Below are positions 26,840 to 40,050 of a DNA stretch of 64,000 bases, piece after piece. Position 1 is the first letter of the stretch. Each line of letters opens with the position of its first letter. The notes below the pieces were generated by a model, which was not told where the DNA came from, ran no database searches, and saw only the letters and a program-made list of their open reading frames with translations. A program made the position numbers and the translations under genes. This DNA comes from Lama glama (Eukaryota): contig CM052817.1 in the NCBI GenBank assembly GCA_028534125.1, positions 63,924,001 through 63,988,000 on the forward strand, in the 5' to 3' direction.

Positions 26840-26891
<52 letters not shown>

Positions 26892-28312
26892 TTGCTATAT
26901 ATAAACCTTATGGTAGCTACAAACCAAAAAAATCTGTAACAGATACAGACACAAAAAAGAGGAAAAAAACAAATCTAACACTAAAGATAGTCATCAAATC
27001 ACAAGAACAAAAGAAGAAGAAAGGAACAAAAAGAACCATAAAACAACCCCAAAACAATTGACAAAATGGCAGCAAGAACATATACATCAATAATTACTTT
27101 AAATGTAAATGGACTATGCTCTAATCAAAAGACAGAGTAGCTGGATGGACACAAAAACAAGACCCACATATCTGCTGCCTATAAGAGACTTACTTCACAT
27201 CTAAAGACAAACACAAACTGAAAGTGAAGGGATGAAAAAACACATTCCATGCATATGGAATCAAAAGAAAAGCAGGGTAGCAATATTTATATCAGACAAT
27301 ATAGACTTTAAAGACTGTTACAGGAGACAAAGAAGGACACTACATGATGAACAAGGGATTTATCCAAGAAGAAAATACAATTTAAATATATATGCACCCA
27401 ACATGGGTACACCTAAATACATAAAGCAAGTATTAACAGATATAAAAGGAGAAATTGACAGTAACACAGTAACAGTAAGGGACATTAACATCCCACTTAC
27501 ATCAATGAACAGATCATCCAGACAGAAGATCAATAAGGAAACACTGGCCTTAAATGACACATTAGAGTAGAAGAACTTAATAGACATATATAGAACATTC
27601 CATCCAAAATCAGCAAAATACACATTCTTTTCAAGTGCACATGGAACATTCCAGGATAGGTTACATGCTATGATACAAAACAAGCCTAAGTAAATTAAAG
27701 AAAACTGAAATCATAACAAGCATTTTTTCTGACCACAACACTATGAGATTAGAAACCAGCTACAAGAAAAAAAAAACTGCACAAAACACAAACATGTGGA
27801 GGCTAAATAATATGCTACTAAGCAAACAATGAACCACTGAAGAAATCAAAGAGGAAATTAAAAAAAAAAAACTCCTGGAGACAAATGAAAATGAAACACA
27901 ATGAGCCAAAACCTGTAATACACAGTAAAAGTGGTTCTAAGAGGAAAGTTACAGCAATACAAGCTTACCTCAGGAAACATGAAAAATCTCAAATAAACAA
28001 CCTAAACTTACACCTAAAGCAACTACAGAAAGAAGAACAAAACCCAAAGTTAGTAGAAGGAAAGAAATCATAAAGATTAGACAAGAAATAAATGAAAGAG
28101 ACAAAAAAATAGAAAAGATATATGAAACTAAAAGCTGCTTCTTTAAAAGGGTAAACAAAATGCATAAAACTTCAGCCAGACTCATCAAGAAAAAAGAGAA
28201 AGCTCAAGTCAATAAAATCAGAAATGAAAAAGAAGTTACAACCAACAACACAGAAATACAAAAGATCATAAAAGATTGCTATGAACAACTATAAGCTAAT
28301 ATAACGGACAAC
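26737..28312 (+). mobile_element. Artiodactyl L1 fragment: inter-ORF spacer plus ORF2 endonuclease domain
   Basis: ORF2-like 'NQKKSRVAIFISDNIDF' and 'NIYAPNMGTPKYIKQVLTDIKGEIDSNT'; collinear with 48680-50096 of the other L1 in this window. Confidence 0.9.
26840..26890. repeat. (GATA)n microsatellite, about 12 units
   Basis: Perfect GATA run. Confidence 0.95.
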
Positions 28313-30488
28313 TATTTATCTTTGATTTTTGCCGTTTTAATTACAATGTGTCCTGATGTGTTCCTCTTTAGGTTAATCCTGTTTGAGACTCTGTCTGTGT
28401 CCATTCTCAGGTTAGGGAAGTTTTCACCTATTATGTCTTCAAATATGTTCTCAGCCCCTTTCTCTCTCTCTTCTCCTTCTCAGATTCCTATAATGTGAAT
28501 ATTAGTGCATTTGATGTTGTCCCAGAAGTCTCTTAAACTGTCCTCATTTCTCTTCATATTTTTTTTATGTTCAGCATCAGTGATTTCTGCTATTCTGTCT
28601 TCCAGCTTACTGATCCGTTCCTCTGTATCATTTAGTCTACTATTGATTCCTTCTAGTATATTTTTCATTTCAGTTATTGTTTTCTTGATCTCCATTTGGT
28701 TTTCCTTTACATTTTCCAACTCTTTGCTAAAAATATCTAACTTCTTGCTCTGTGCATCCATTCTCCTCCTAAGTTCTTTGATCATCTTTACAATCATTAC
28801 TCTAAACTCTTTCTTGGGTAGATGGCCTGTCTCCACTGCACTTAGTTCCTCTTTTGCGGTTTTACCTACTTCGTTTGGAACATGTTCCTCTGTTGCCTCA
28901 TTTTGCCTAATTTGCTGTTTTTATTTCTATGTATCTTGTAGGTTGGTACGTTTTCCAACCTTGGAGAAGTGGCTTTTGGTGGGAGATGTCCTAATGTGTC
29001 CCAGCAGCACACTACCCTTTGGTATATGCTCTAGGAGTGCCCCTGTGTGTGCTATGTGGGTCCTTCTGTTGTGGTGGGCTGCCTACTATGGGTGTCTGGT
29101 AAGCATGGCTGGTCCCTGGTCCAGCTGGTTGACAGGCCCTTCCTTGTGCAAGTGCTGCCAGCTGCTGGTTGGTGGGGCCTTGTGTGATGGCTGTGGAATC
29201 CTGGGTGGCCCCAGGGCTAGAGCAGGCTATTAGGCAGATCCTAGGACAGAGCAGTGGCTGTCTGGTGGCTGGTGTCCACCCACTGGTGTGTAAGACTGGT
29301 CTCAAGGCTAGAGCAGGCTAATGGATGAGGCCAAGAATTCTGGGGCTGGTGCCTGCCCAATGATTGTTATACCTGGTTCCTAGGTCTCTGCCTGCAGGAT
29401 CCTGGGTGTCCTGGGTCTAGTGCCTGCACACTGGTGTCTGGTGGGTACAGCCATGTCCAGGGGCAACTGGCTGTGGGTTCAGTCCCCACCCCATTAGCTG
29501 CTTGGTCTGGGGAATCCCAGTACTGGTACCTACAGGCTATGAGGCTGGATCCTGAGGCTAAGCCAGAAGGAGGATTCTAAAAAGGCGCTTGCCAGCACCA
29601 GAATCCACAGGAAAGAATGAGCTCCCCAAAATAGCTGTTGCCTGTGTCTATGTCCTCAGGGTGAGCTGCAATTGCTTCCTGCCTGCCTGGGAGACTCTCC
29701 AAGATTAGCAGGTAGGTCTGACCCAGGCTCCTTTCACATTATTGCTTCTGCTATGACCTGGAGCATGTGTGATTTTGTGTGTGCCCTTTAAGAATGGAGT
29801 TTCTCACAAACATAGAAAACAACTGTGGTTACCAAAAGGGAAAGAGCAGAGCGAGATAAATTAGAGGTTTGGGACTAAGAGACACACATTACTATAAACA
29901 AAACAGATAAACAACAAGGACCTATTGTATAGCATAGGGAACTATTCAATTTCTTATAGTAATACATAATGGAAAAGAATCTGAAAAGAAAAAATACATA
30001 TGTATGTATATGTATAACTGAATCACTTTGCTGTACACCTGGAACTAACATTGTAAGTCAACTACACTTCAATAAAAAAGAACAGAGTGTCTATTCCCCA
30101 CAGCCCTCTGGGTTTCCCAAACATAAGCCTCACTGGCCTTCAAAGCCAAACATTCTGTGGGCTTGTCCCCCCAGCACAGGATCCGCAGCTGAGGAGGACA
30201 ATGTGGGGCCAGACACCTCAGTCCTAGGGAAGAACTTCTGCAACTGCAATTTTTCTTCCATTTGTGGTCACCTGCCTGGGGTTATAGGTCTTGACAACAC
30301 CGCAACTCCTCTCCTATCGAACTCATTGTGCTTCCTTCTTTATATTCTTAGTTTTAGAAGAACTTTTCTGGTAGGCTCCCAGCTTTTTCATCAATAGCTG
30401 TTCTGTAAATAGTTATCATGTTGGTGTACCTATGAGAGAATAGGTTAGCTCAGAGTCTTTTCACTCTGCCATCTTGGGAACTCCCCTC
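28313..30488 (-). mobile_element. Artiodactyl L1 5'UTR plus N-terminal ORF1
   Basis: ORF 28480-28836 'LPKKEFRVMIVKMIKELRRRMDAQS...NEDSLRDFWDNIKCTNIHIIGI' is L1 ORF1p; the 5' end carries YY1-type AAGATGGC near 30470. Confidence 0.9.
29801..30077 (+). mobile_element. 5'-truncated L1 3'UTR nested in the L1 5'UTR
   Basis: 'aacaacaaggacctattgtatagcataggg...tgtataactgaatcactttgctgtacacctg...aataaaaaa'; TSD aagaatggagt / aagaacagagt. Confidence 0.85.
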
Positions 30489-30901
30489 TGGCCATGTGTT
30501 AGTTTTGACACTAAACACAGTTATGGGTATTTCAAAGCTTATTGCTTTGCCTAAGACTGCCATTTGAAACCAGTCCATCCTCTTGCTCACCACTGACAGC
30601 ACAATGTTCAAAGAAATTTGATATGAGTTGCAAATACCAGCAATTATCTCTAGAGGTCACTATAATTTTAACAAGTATAGTTAGAAAACCTATTCTCATT
30701 CCCAACCACAATTTCACTATATTTAAATGAAGGATTCAACTGTACTTTATTAACTAAAAAAATAGTTCTATTAAGAGCCACATATACATTAAAACACACA
30801 ACATTATAATATATATGATGCTAGACATGTATTAGCTGACATGTATTAAAGGCATTTAATCAAGAAACAATATGAGGCTATTCACAACTTCAAAGGCCCT
30901 A

Positions 30902-31503
30902 CAGTCACAGTTCTCAGTTTGTTCCAGTGATCCCCAAGGAGCCCCTGATATCCTTTCAGGGAATCCTCAAGATTAAAATTAATTTCATAATAATACTGTC
31001 TTAGTCTATGTGGGCTCGTATAACAAATTTATTTCTCATAGTTCCAGAGGCTAAGAAGTCCAAGAATGGGCATCTGGTGTGGGCCTGCTTACTGGTTCAC
31101 AGATAGCCATCGTCCCACTGTGTTCACACACGATGAAAGGGGTACAGGAGGTCTCTGGAGTCTCTTTTACAAGAGCATTAATCCCATTCGTAAGAGTTTG
31201 ACTCTCATGTTCTCATCACCTCCCAAAGGCCCTCCTCCAAACACTATTACATTGGAGACTAGGTTTCAACTAATGAATTTTTGGGAGACATATTCAGTCT
31301 CTAGAAAATAGCTAAGATTCTGGTTTCCTATTTGACTCTTGCTCACTCATAAGCATTTGTATATTCTTATATTTTAAATATTTCTTAGTTTCAATTTCTA
31401 ATACAAGTGGCATGAGATACAACCCACATAAATATTCTCGAGAGTCCTCAGTCATTTTAAGAGTATTAAGCAGTCCTGAGGCCAAAAAGTTTGAGAACCA
31501 GTG
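30902..31503 (+). mobile_element. Internally deleted Charlie1-type hAT element
   Basis: 5' part 'cctttcagggaatcctcaagattaaaattaatttcataataatac' and 3' part 'aacccacataaa...gtcctgaggccaaaaagtttgagaaccagtg'. Confidence 0.7.
30997..31306 (-). mobile_element. MLT1A-type solo LTR nested in Charlie1
   Basis: 'tgtcttagtc...aagagcattaatcccattc...cacctcccaaaggcc...catattcagtctctag'; flanks aatac / aatag. Confidence 0.8.
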
Positions 31504-31606
31504 ACCCACAACCTAAATGATTAAAATTAAAGAGAGAAAATGATCAAACAAAAAAGTGCAGCTATATATATAGAATTACTTCTCAAATATCACACAAGTT
31601 AAAATA

Positions 31607-31826
31607 CAGTTGATCATTGAACACCAGAAGTTTGAACTGCAAAGATCTATTTATACAATGATCTTTTTCAGTAGTAAATAGTACAGTACGACACAATCCA
31701 GGGTTGGTTAAATCCATGAATGCCAACCGCAGATTCAGAGGAACTATGTGTAGAGAAAATCAAGTTATATACAGACTTTTGACTGTGTCAGCACCCCTAG
31801 CCCCTGGGCTGTTAAAGAGTCAACTG
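31607..31826. mobile_element. Tigger2-derived MITE (MER8-like)
   Basis: Terminal inverted repeats CAGTTGA...TCAACTG flanked by TA duplications. Confidence 0.8.
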
Positions 31827-31953
31827 TAGGAAAAACTTAATTTCACAAGTTGTATTCATAAATCCTAAATGGCTAAGTGTACCAATAAAATATAATAAAA
31901 ATTAAATCAAAAAACAAAATTCACCAATATTAAATGTTCCTATTCTCACAGGA

Positions 31954-32333
31954 TGTTATGGACTGAATTCTGTATCCCTCAAATTCATATGTTGAAGCCC
32001 TAAACCCTTCAGTGTGACCAGACCTAGGGCCTTTAAAGAGGCAACTATGCTTAAATGAAGTAATAAGGGTAAGGGTGGGGCCCTGATCCAATAGGACTGG
32101 TGTCTTTATAAGAAGAGACATCAGGGATACATGCGCATGAAGAAAGGCCATGTGAACAATCAGCAAGAAGGTGAACATCTGTGAACCAAGGATAGAGCTC
32201 TGAGAAGAAACCAAAGATGCTAATATCTTAATCTTGGAATTTCATCCTCCAGAATGTTGAGAAAATAAATTTCTGTTGTTTTCACCACCAACTCTACAGT
32301 ATTTTGTTACAGCAGCCCTAGCAAAGTAGTACA
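31954..32333 (+). mobile_element. MLT1B solo LTR
   Basis: 'tgttatggactgaat...aaattcatatgttgaagccctaa...gcagccctagcaaagtagtaca'; TSD cagga / cagta. Confidence 0.85.
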
Positions 32334-35299
32334 CAGTACTGAAGTTTTTCATGTTATTCTGGGGAAGTTTTGTGGCTTTTAACTATTTCTGTGAGAATCA
32401 CAATGGTAGAAAAAAGACATTGTGCAAGTCCCCACGACATATTCCTAGTTCTTTGATCCTCCTGGGTCCCTTGAAAACTTAAAACCTAATATAAGAATAG
32501 TTTTTTGAAATAAAGTAAACTTTATCTCAGACACAGAGCTTGAATGTCATCTCAAGTATGACCCTTAAAAATCTATATTTTTTATCTCCCCAACTATAAA
32601 GCAAGTTGATTACTAAAAAAAACAAATATGAAGGAAACATTCACTTCTTAACAAAAAGTGACGCACTATGTTTGCAGTATACCGTCATCTGGTTCCTTAG
32701 GCAAAGAATATCTTCTAAGAATATTATAAAGGAAATTTTTGATTCACAATTATCATTATCATCATCATCATCAGTTAGAAGCCCTCATAATATTTTTCTT
32801 TTAGAAACTTCATGAAAGAAACCAAATTCATCACTAGCCAGCTGATTAGATTTAAGAAAAAATTAATTCCTAATTGCTAAGTCTTCCAATTCCTCAGGAC
32901 CCTAGCCTCCAGATTCTTAAACTCAGAACACTAGATTTAAAATACCACTTTATAGTATTATGGGAAGAGTAACTATTTCATAAAACAGTTTTCCTGAGAC
33001 ATTGTTCTAAGTTTATCCAGGTAGCCTGCATTTTTGATGACCCTGAATTATCAATGAACAAAGGCATCTCAGTAGATTTTAAAAGAGCAGAATGCAAAGA
33101 TAAATATGCGCAGTATCTTCCCATCATTTACACCCAGGATATTACAATGAACATAATTAATCTGTCCCTACAAAAGTGTTTGCTGCCACTGAAAGAAATA
33201 GACATTCTCAGATATAATTTAATACTAAAACTGCATACTTTAAGATTATAAACATGATTTTCCTTTTATTTAAATCAGTTAAATAAGTCAAATACATGTC
33301 TTGTAAGTTTTTAATATCTTAAATTTGGAATTTAGTATCACATATTATAAGGTATAATCTTATCTGAACTCTATTATATAAATGGAAGAAAATATTGAAG
33401 TACATTGTATTTATGATGTAAAAACATCATCAATAATAACCATGTCTATTACATATTATGTTTCTATTAAAGTCTTTCAATACACTATTAAATTCAAATA
33501 ATCTAAATGAAAGTTTACCATCAATTTATGCCTAATTTATAATTCAATTGTATCCTAGCTTTTACAAATGTTCAGAATAGTTCTATTTTAAATAGACATT
33601 TAAGTAAATTCCATCCCCTCCAAAATAATATTTTTGCATAAACAATTTACAAATATTAATCCACATGGACAGCCTTTTGGCTAAAAATATCTTAATATAT
33701 CATCATTACTCAAAATATTTTGCTCACACCCTAGTAGGTAAATATGAATGTGTCCTGTATAGGATGACTTTGCATGTCCTCCAGGTAGGCCCAGAGGGCA
33801 GTGTCGGCAATAATGACCCATCTGTTCACTACCGGCAACCAGAAAACTTCTAATGAAGACAGATGTGGGTCACCGTGTACAAGCAGGCTGCAGGGTGTTA
33901 ATGAATCCACCTAATGGTCACTACCTGCCACTCTTAACTGATTGATGACCTAAAAGGTTTAGTTTGAAAAGCAAAGATGAGTATTTCACGTACTCATCAG
34001 TCTTACCAGGACACTGTTTTCACTTTCTCTTACATACTCATTCTTTACTACTTGTCTTTATCAATTCCTAGAAAATATTACTATTATTTATTAGACTCAG
34101 TCTTTTAAAGTAACCTTGCTAGTGGCACTTTTGAGAAATCAATTCCTCCTAAATTTCTCCACTGACTGACTCACAAGATATCAACTCCATATGGTGATAC
34201 AGCAACATTATATATATGAAACACAAACGGTAATGTTTTCCTATGTCATAAAATTCATTATGTACATTTATAGATAATGTTGTTATCAATATCAATCTCT
34301 CTAAAATGTTACTTTTTAAAATATTATTTCATTACCTGCTTTGAAATAAAATTGTTATTTCACTCCAGATTCCAAAAAGAATGTTTGCTTATGGAGACCA
34401 ATTGATGTAATATATAAATATTTTATATACCCATAGAAAATGTATAGAGATGGTCATTTTACTTTCTGATAGAAGCTGTATGACTCAAGAAGTATAATTT
34501 ATGCAGTTGTTTTTCAGAATAAAATCTGTCTGTATTACATTATACCTAAACTCTTAAAGAAAATCTATATTCAGCCATAAAGTGGTTCTTAAAAAAACTG
34601 TTACATATAAAATGTAAATATATACAATCAAAAACTGAAAACATACAACTGTAAAATACACATTTTATGTATAAACAAAACTATAAGAAGTATTATTTAA
34701 TGTAAACTAATTGTTTAAACTAAGTTTGAAGGAATTTCCATAGTTTATAAACTATTTTGTTGTAAATCTCTCTTTCTATATAGAGATTTAAAGCAACCTG
34801 GTGTTGCTTCAGTCACAAATGGACAATCTATTCTAATAGCAAGTCCATTTACTAGATTGGGAACCATTATCAACCACTATTGAGATTACCTAGCAATCCT
34901 TAACAGTAATAATTCATACGTGAACACATGCACACAACATATACATACACATATACACACCACCTCAATAGCTACTTTTAGAGAGAAAGGTGTTTGTTTT
35001 AGGCTAACAAATTAAAAATATCCAATAAAAATTCAATGTGAATTTTTAAAAACCAGAGCAAATAGGACCATTCGAATAATTTTAAATTAGATAAATTCAG
35101 AGTATAATTCTAAACACAGCAACAGCACAATCATATTATGAAATACAGCAAACATTTGTTCCATTCATATAAGGCAGTGATGTAGCTATCACAATTTCTA
35201 TCTTCAAAAACAATACACAAAGACAAATTACATGTGGTTGCTTCTGTCACTCAATCTTAAGGTGTTAACTCAGAAAAGTAAATCGAGATATTTTTTCAA

Positions 35300-35520
35300 A
35301 CAGCAGCAATACATGTAATGCCTTAAATGCAGTAAGTGCCTTCACATGCATTACCTCATTTCTTATCCAGTTCTGTAAAGTAGGAATTATCGTAACTCAT
35401 TTTATAAATAAAAAAGCTCAGAGAAATTGCGTTACTTTTCAGTATCCACACTTAATAAGAGATGGCTCAAAATGTCACATTTCCTAATTCATAATTCCCA
35501 TAGTCTTTTTTTCTACACTT
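35300..35520 (-). mobile_element. MIR
   Basis: 'cacatgcattacctcattt...gtaggaattatc...gctcagagaaatt'. Confidence 0.55.
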
Positions 35521-37619
35521 CAAAATTGAAAATGAGATCTTGATTTACACCATAACCATACCTTATTTTATAGTAACACTTCGCTTACCTAGGGGCCATT
35601 TTTTCAGCTAACATGGATATATGAAATAAAGTCTAAACATCGCAGAAAAGCAAAAGATAATTATGAGTAACTGTAAGATATATCCCACAGCAAAAAATTC
35701 AGATTGTGGGGTTTTTTTAATACCCAAGTACTGGAATCTTCATTCAACTTCTGTTTGCTTATATCGTACTTCCTAACCTAAGTTTTAGTGATGCAAGCTG
35801 CATATAATCCTTCCAAAAATATGAAAACCAGGAGACTACAGGGTCTCTACTAAAAACCACAAAGTTAATGGCAGGCTTGGTGTATTATCTAATTGACAGG
35901 GGGGAGAGTGGGGTAAGCACAAAAAGTATAGAAAGGGTGCGATATCAGAAATAGACAGTCAAGGCAATGGAAGATCAGAACAAAAGAACAGATCTCAGAG
36001 CAATCTAATCCTGCCAAAAGTCCCTCCAAAGCTGCTCTCAGTGGCCTTAGACTTGCCTTGGCTCTTGCTATGCAGTATCTTCAAGTTGTCTCCTGATATC
36101 TGACAACACAGGCCCCTGTACCAGCAAATCTCTGCTCTCTTCTTTAACTAGGGTAAGGCATGAGCTTCAGGGGCAGCAGTGATGGAAGGTGCCCACAACA
36201 TCAAGAGTTCACCAGGAATGATGAAGGTCCATTCTGATGTTTGTGGAATTCCAGTTTATTTACTTCTGTTATAACTGACTTAGGATAATAGACTCCTTGA
36301 TCAATTTACCAACCAGTAAAGTATACTTTCTTGCAGCTGGCAGTAGAAAGCTACTAATGACAGAGAAGACTTGCAGAAATTTTCATTTATTTTTTAAAAC
36401 AGGATGGAATTGAAATCTTTTGTTTTCCTAGGAGAATCCTCTAATGATGCACAGAAATGCCGAGTCATTACACTATGGTTTTTCAAGACAAAGTACTGAA
36501 TCTGTAAACTTAGAACTACTTGCAATCCCAAGAGACCCAGGAAATCTTAAATATCATCTTACTACTGACTGAAGAGTGTGGGATGTATCATGGCTCAGTG
36601 ATTCTATACAGATTGGTGTGTACTGATCTAAGTTCATGTGTCACAGATTATCATCCAAGAAAGCCCATCACAAATGACAAACGGAGTTGGAAACATTGGA
36701 AAATAGGTTGGTGAGCTTGTGCTTTGGAAAAGATAAGGTGAAATTTAAGTTCAGTGGACTGTTACGTAATCCAACCCTTAAGACATTATGTTCATCTTCA
36801 AAACATACAGCCAACAGTGCATAAAAATGGGCCTCAATATTTTCACACTATTTGTGATTTCTGTTCTGACTCTTTGCCTAAACTACCTCTCATTACTATT
36901 ACCAACCTAATACTGATTTTCCCAGATTCTGAACTATTTCCTTACTTCCCTACCTATAATCTAATTTCCCATTCTTTAAACCTGATAATCAGCTACCTTT
37001 GAATTTTTCCCTGCCGTCTTTATCTACATTTTAGATGCTGCCTTGGTGACTTTTATGTCTGTGCCCTGGCTCTCAAAGGTATTGCCCACTACCAGGTCCC
37101 TCAGCTCTGAGAGCAGGACTAAATACGTGGTTGCAAAGTTCTCACAGAGAATGTAAATCTTCTGTGGATTTAAACCCTGATGAAAAGATAACTTTAGAAT
37201 TTACATGAGTATTTAGGAATACCTTAATTATTGTTTTCCAAATCATTGATATAAATATCACATTGATATAAATTTCCCTTTACTGTGAATAGGTCAAGCA
37301 GATCTTTAGCAGAGTTGAATCCTTTTATTCATAGAAATTCTTGGAAAATATGAACTAACACATTATTATAATAGGAAAAAAAATCCAAGACTGACAAGTG
37401 GAAATAGATTGTAGGAAGAAATACTGAAAAGCAAAGGTTTATGTTTATTCAATTCAAATGTCCATCAGATTTACCAATTCATTCATCAAATGCACAACGT
37501 GGTAGGCACTGAATGACTGTTCTAGGAAGTGGGGATACTACAGTGGACAAAAAAAAAAAAAATTAATCTATGCCTTCACAACTTACATTCCAGGAAGCTA
37601 TATAAATCCTACAATTTAC

Positions 37620-39490
37620 GTACACTATAATGTAATTTACAAACATAATATATGCATTTCCAATGTACACTCCAATGAGTTTTGACAGATCCAAAACTTC
37701 TATAACCATCATCATAATCAAGATAAAGAATATTTCTATCACCACAAAAAGTTTCCCTGTACCACTTCCCAGGCAATCTTCCTACTTCAGGCTACAGGCA
37801 ACAGCTAATGTGTTTTCTGTTATTATAGACTGAATTTGTCTTTTCTAGAGTTTTATATAAATGGAATCATATAGCATATTTTTGAAGTCAGGTGTCTTTT
37901 GCTCAGAAGAATATTTCTAAGATTCATCATGAAGTTTTGTGAATGAGTCATTCTATGGGTAGTTCTATTGCTGAATAGTATTATATTGTATAAATATTCA
38001 CAACTTGTTTTTTCCATTTACCTTCTTATGAATATTTGGGCTGTTTCCAGTTTGGGAAATATTCATAATAATGAATAAAGCTTTTATGAAAATATGTATA
38101 TAAATATTTTGTGATCATATGTTTTCATTTCTCTTACATAAATAATCTAGGAGTTGATTTGTATCATAGGGTATGTCTATTTTAACTTTACACACAAGAA
38201 ACTGTGAAAAATTTTCCAAAGTGCGTTATTATTTTACATTCCCACAAACAACGTATGAAGAGTTCCAGCTGTTGCACACTGTCACCAGCAGCTGACATTA
38301 TCAGTCTTTTCAATCTCAGCCATTTAAATGAGGGTACATTGTGGTTTTAGCTTGCATTTCCCTAAGGTCCAATGATTTTAAGCAAATTTCTCATACTTAT
38401 TTGTCATTTCCATACCTTCTTTTGGGAAGTGTCAGTTCAAATCTTTTGCTCATTTTTATGAGCCCTTAGTCTTATTGTTATTGAGTTGAAGAGCTCTTTA
38501 TATATTCCAGATACAATTATTTTGTAAGACAGGTGTGTTGCAAATATTTTCTCCCAGCCTGGGCTTGCCTGTACATCTTCTTGACAGTGACTCAATGAAC
38601 AGAAGTTTTTAATTTTGATGAAGTCCAATTTATCACTTTTTTTCCTCTATGGTTTATGCTTTTTGTGTCCTGCCTAAAAAATAGTTTCTCATCCCAAAGT
38701 TGTAAAGATTTTCTGCCTTATTTTTTCTTCCAGAAGTTTTATAGTTTAGCTTTTACATTTAGGTCTATGATCCATTTACCTCAGCCCAAAGTTCATTTTT
38801 TTAAAAAAATATGGATAGCTAGTTATTCTAGCACCATTCGTTGAAAAGACTTTCCAATCCCCTTGAATTATTTTGGCACTTTTGTCAAAAATCAATTGAT
38901 CACGTACGTGTGGGTCTATTTCTGGACTCTCTCATCTTTACTGTTGATCTATATGCCCATTCTATGCTAACACCATACTATTTTGATCACTACAACTTTA
39001 CGGTACATGTTACAGTACATGTTGAAATCATGCAGTGTAACTTTACCAAATTTGTTCTTTTTTTTTAATATTGCTTTGGCTATTCCAGGTTCCTTCCATT
39101 TCTACGTAAATTTTAGAATCAGCTTGTTCATTTTTACAAAAAAACTTCTGTGATTTTGATCGGGTAGATAGTTTTATTGTATTCAATCTGTAGATTAATC
39201 TGAGAACAGACATTATGAATAGTAATTAAACTTTCAATCCATAAACATAAGATATTCAATATTTTTTAGGTCTTTTTTAAAATCCTCTCAGTAATGTTTT
39301 ACAGTTTAATGTATGTTGTGCTCATATTTTGATAAATTTATTTCTAAGTATTTCATGCTAATTTAAATGATGTTTTATTTCAATTTTTAATTTTTATTAC
39401 TAGAATACTGAAATACAGTTAATTTTATGTATTGAATTTGCATTGTGTGATCTTTTAGATTCACTTATTAGTTCTATTAACTTTTTTAGG
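37620..39490 (-). mobile_element. L1MB/L1ME-type 3' region (ORF2 C-terminus plus 3'UTR)
   Basis: 'atgagttttgacaga...aatggaatcatatagcat'; ORF 'MDFIKIKNFCS' is ORF2p-like. Confidence 0.85.
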
Positions 39491-39829
39491 CACTCATAAT
39501 ACTTTATTTTATTATGTTAAAGAAAAAGGGATATAAGGAAATGACTGTACTTAGGTTTTTCAAGAGTATTAAAATTATCAAATGAAATTGATCAATCACA
39601 ATCAATAATCATCACAGTTCTCATGTTCCTTTTATAAAGACTTTGCTCCAGTATAAAGACAGAATATCTTGGGAACAGGGGTAGGCAATGGTTCAGAAGA
39701 ACACAGAAAAAATTTAAGAACCCAATATATCACTTTGACTAAATTAAGAAGTTTATTTGCAGGGTATAATCCAAAAGAAAAAATTTACATACTTGGACTT
39801 TAAATGTGCTATATTTTTAGTCTTACAAA

Positions 39830-40050
39830 AAATAATAATAAATATTTGAGTATTAAGTATTCAGCACTATGTTAAGTACTATAGTAAAAACATCTCCTTC
39901 GCTGTTTAATTCTCACCGAAAAAAAAAAATAATGACATACTCCTCATTTTCTAGGAGAGCCTTATAACAGCTGAATAATTTTCCCAAGGACCCACAGCTA
40001 GCAAACATTAAAGTAGAACTCAAACCCAAGTCTGACTTCCATAAAGTCCA
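39830..40050 (-). mobile_element. MIR
   Basis: 'ttcccaaggacccacagctagc...actcaaacccaagtctgact'. Confidence 0.55.

Noticed and set aside
28505..29233. 242-aa ORF, the longest in the track
   Set aside because: Antisense to L1 ORF1/5'UTR; its Ser/Leu/Phe-rich composition mirrors the A-rich L1 strand
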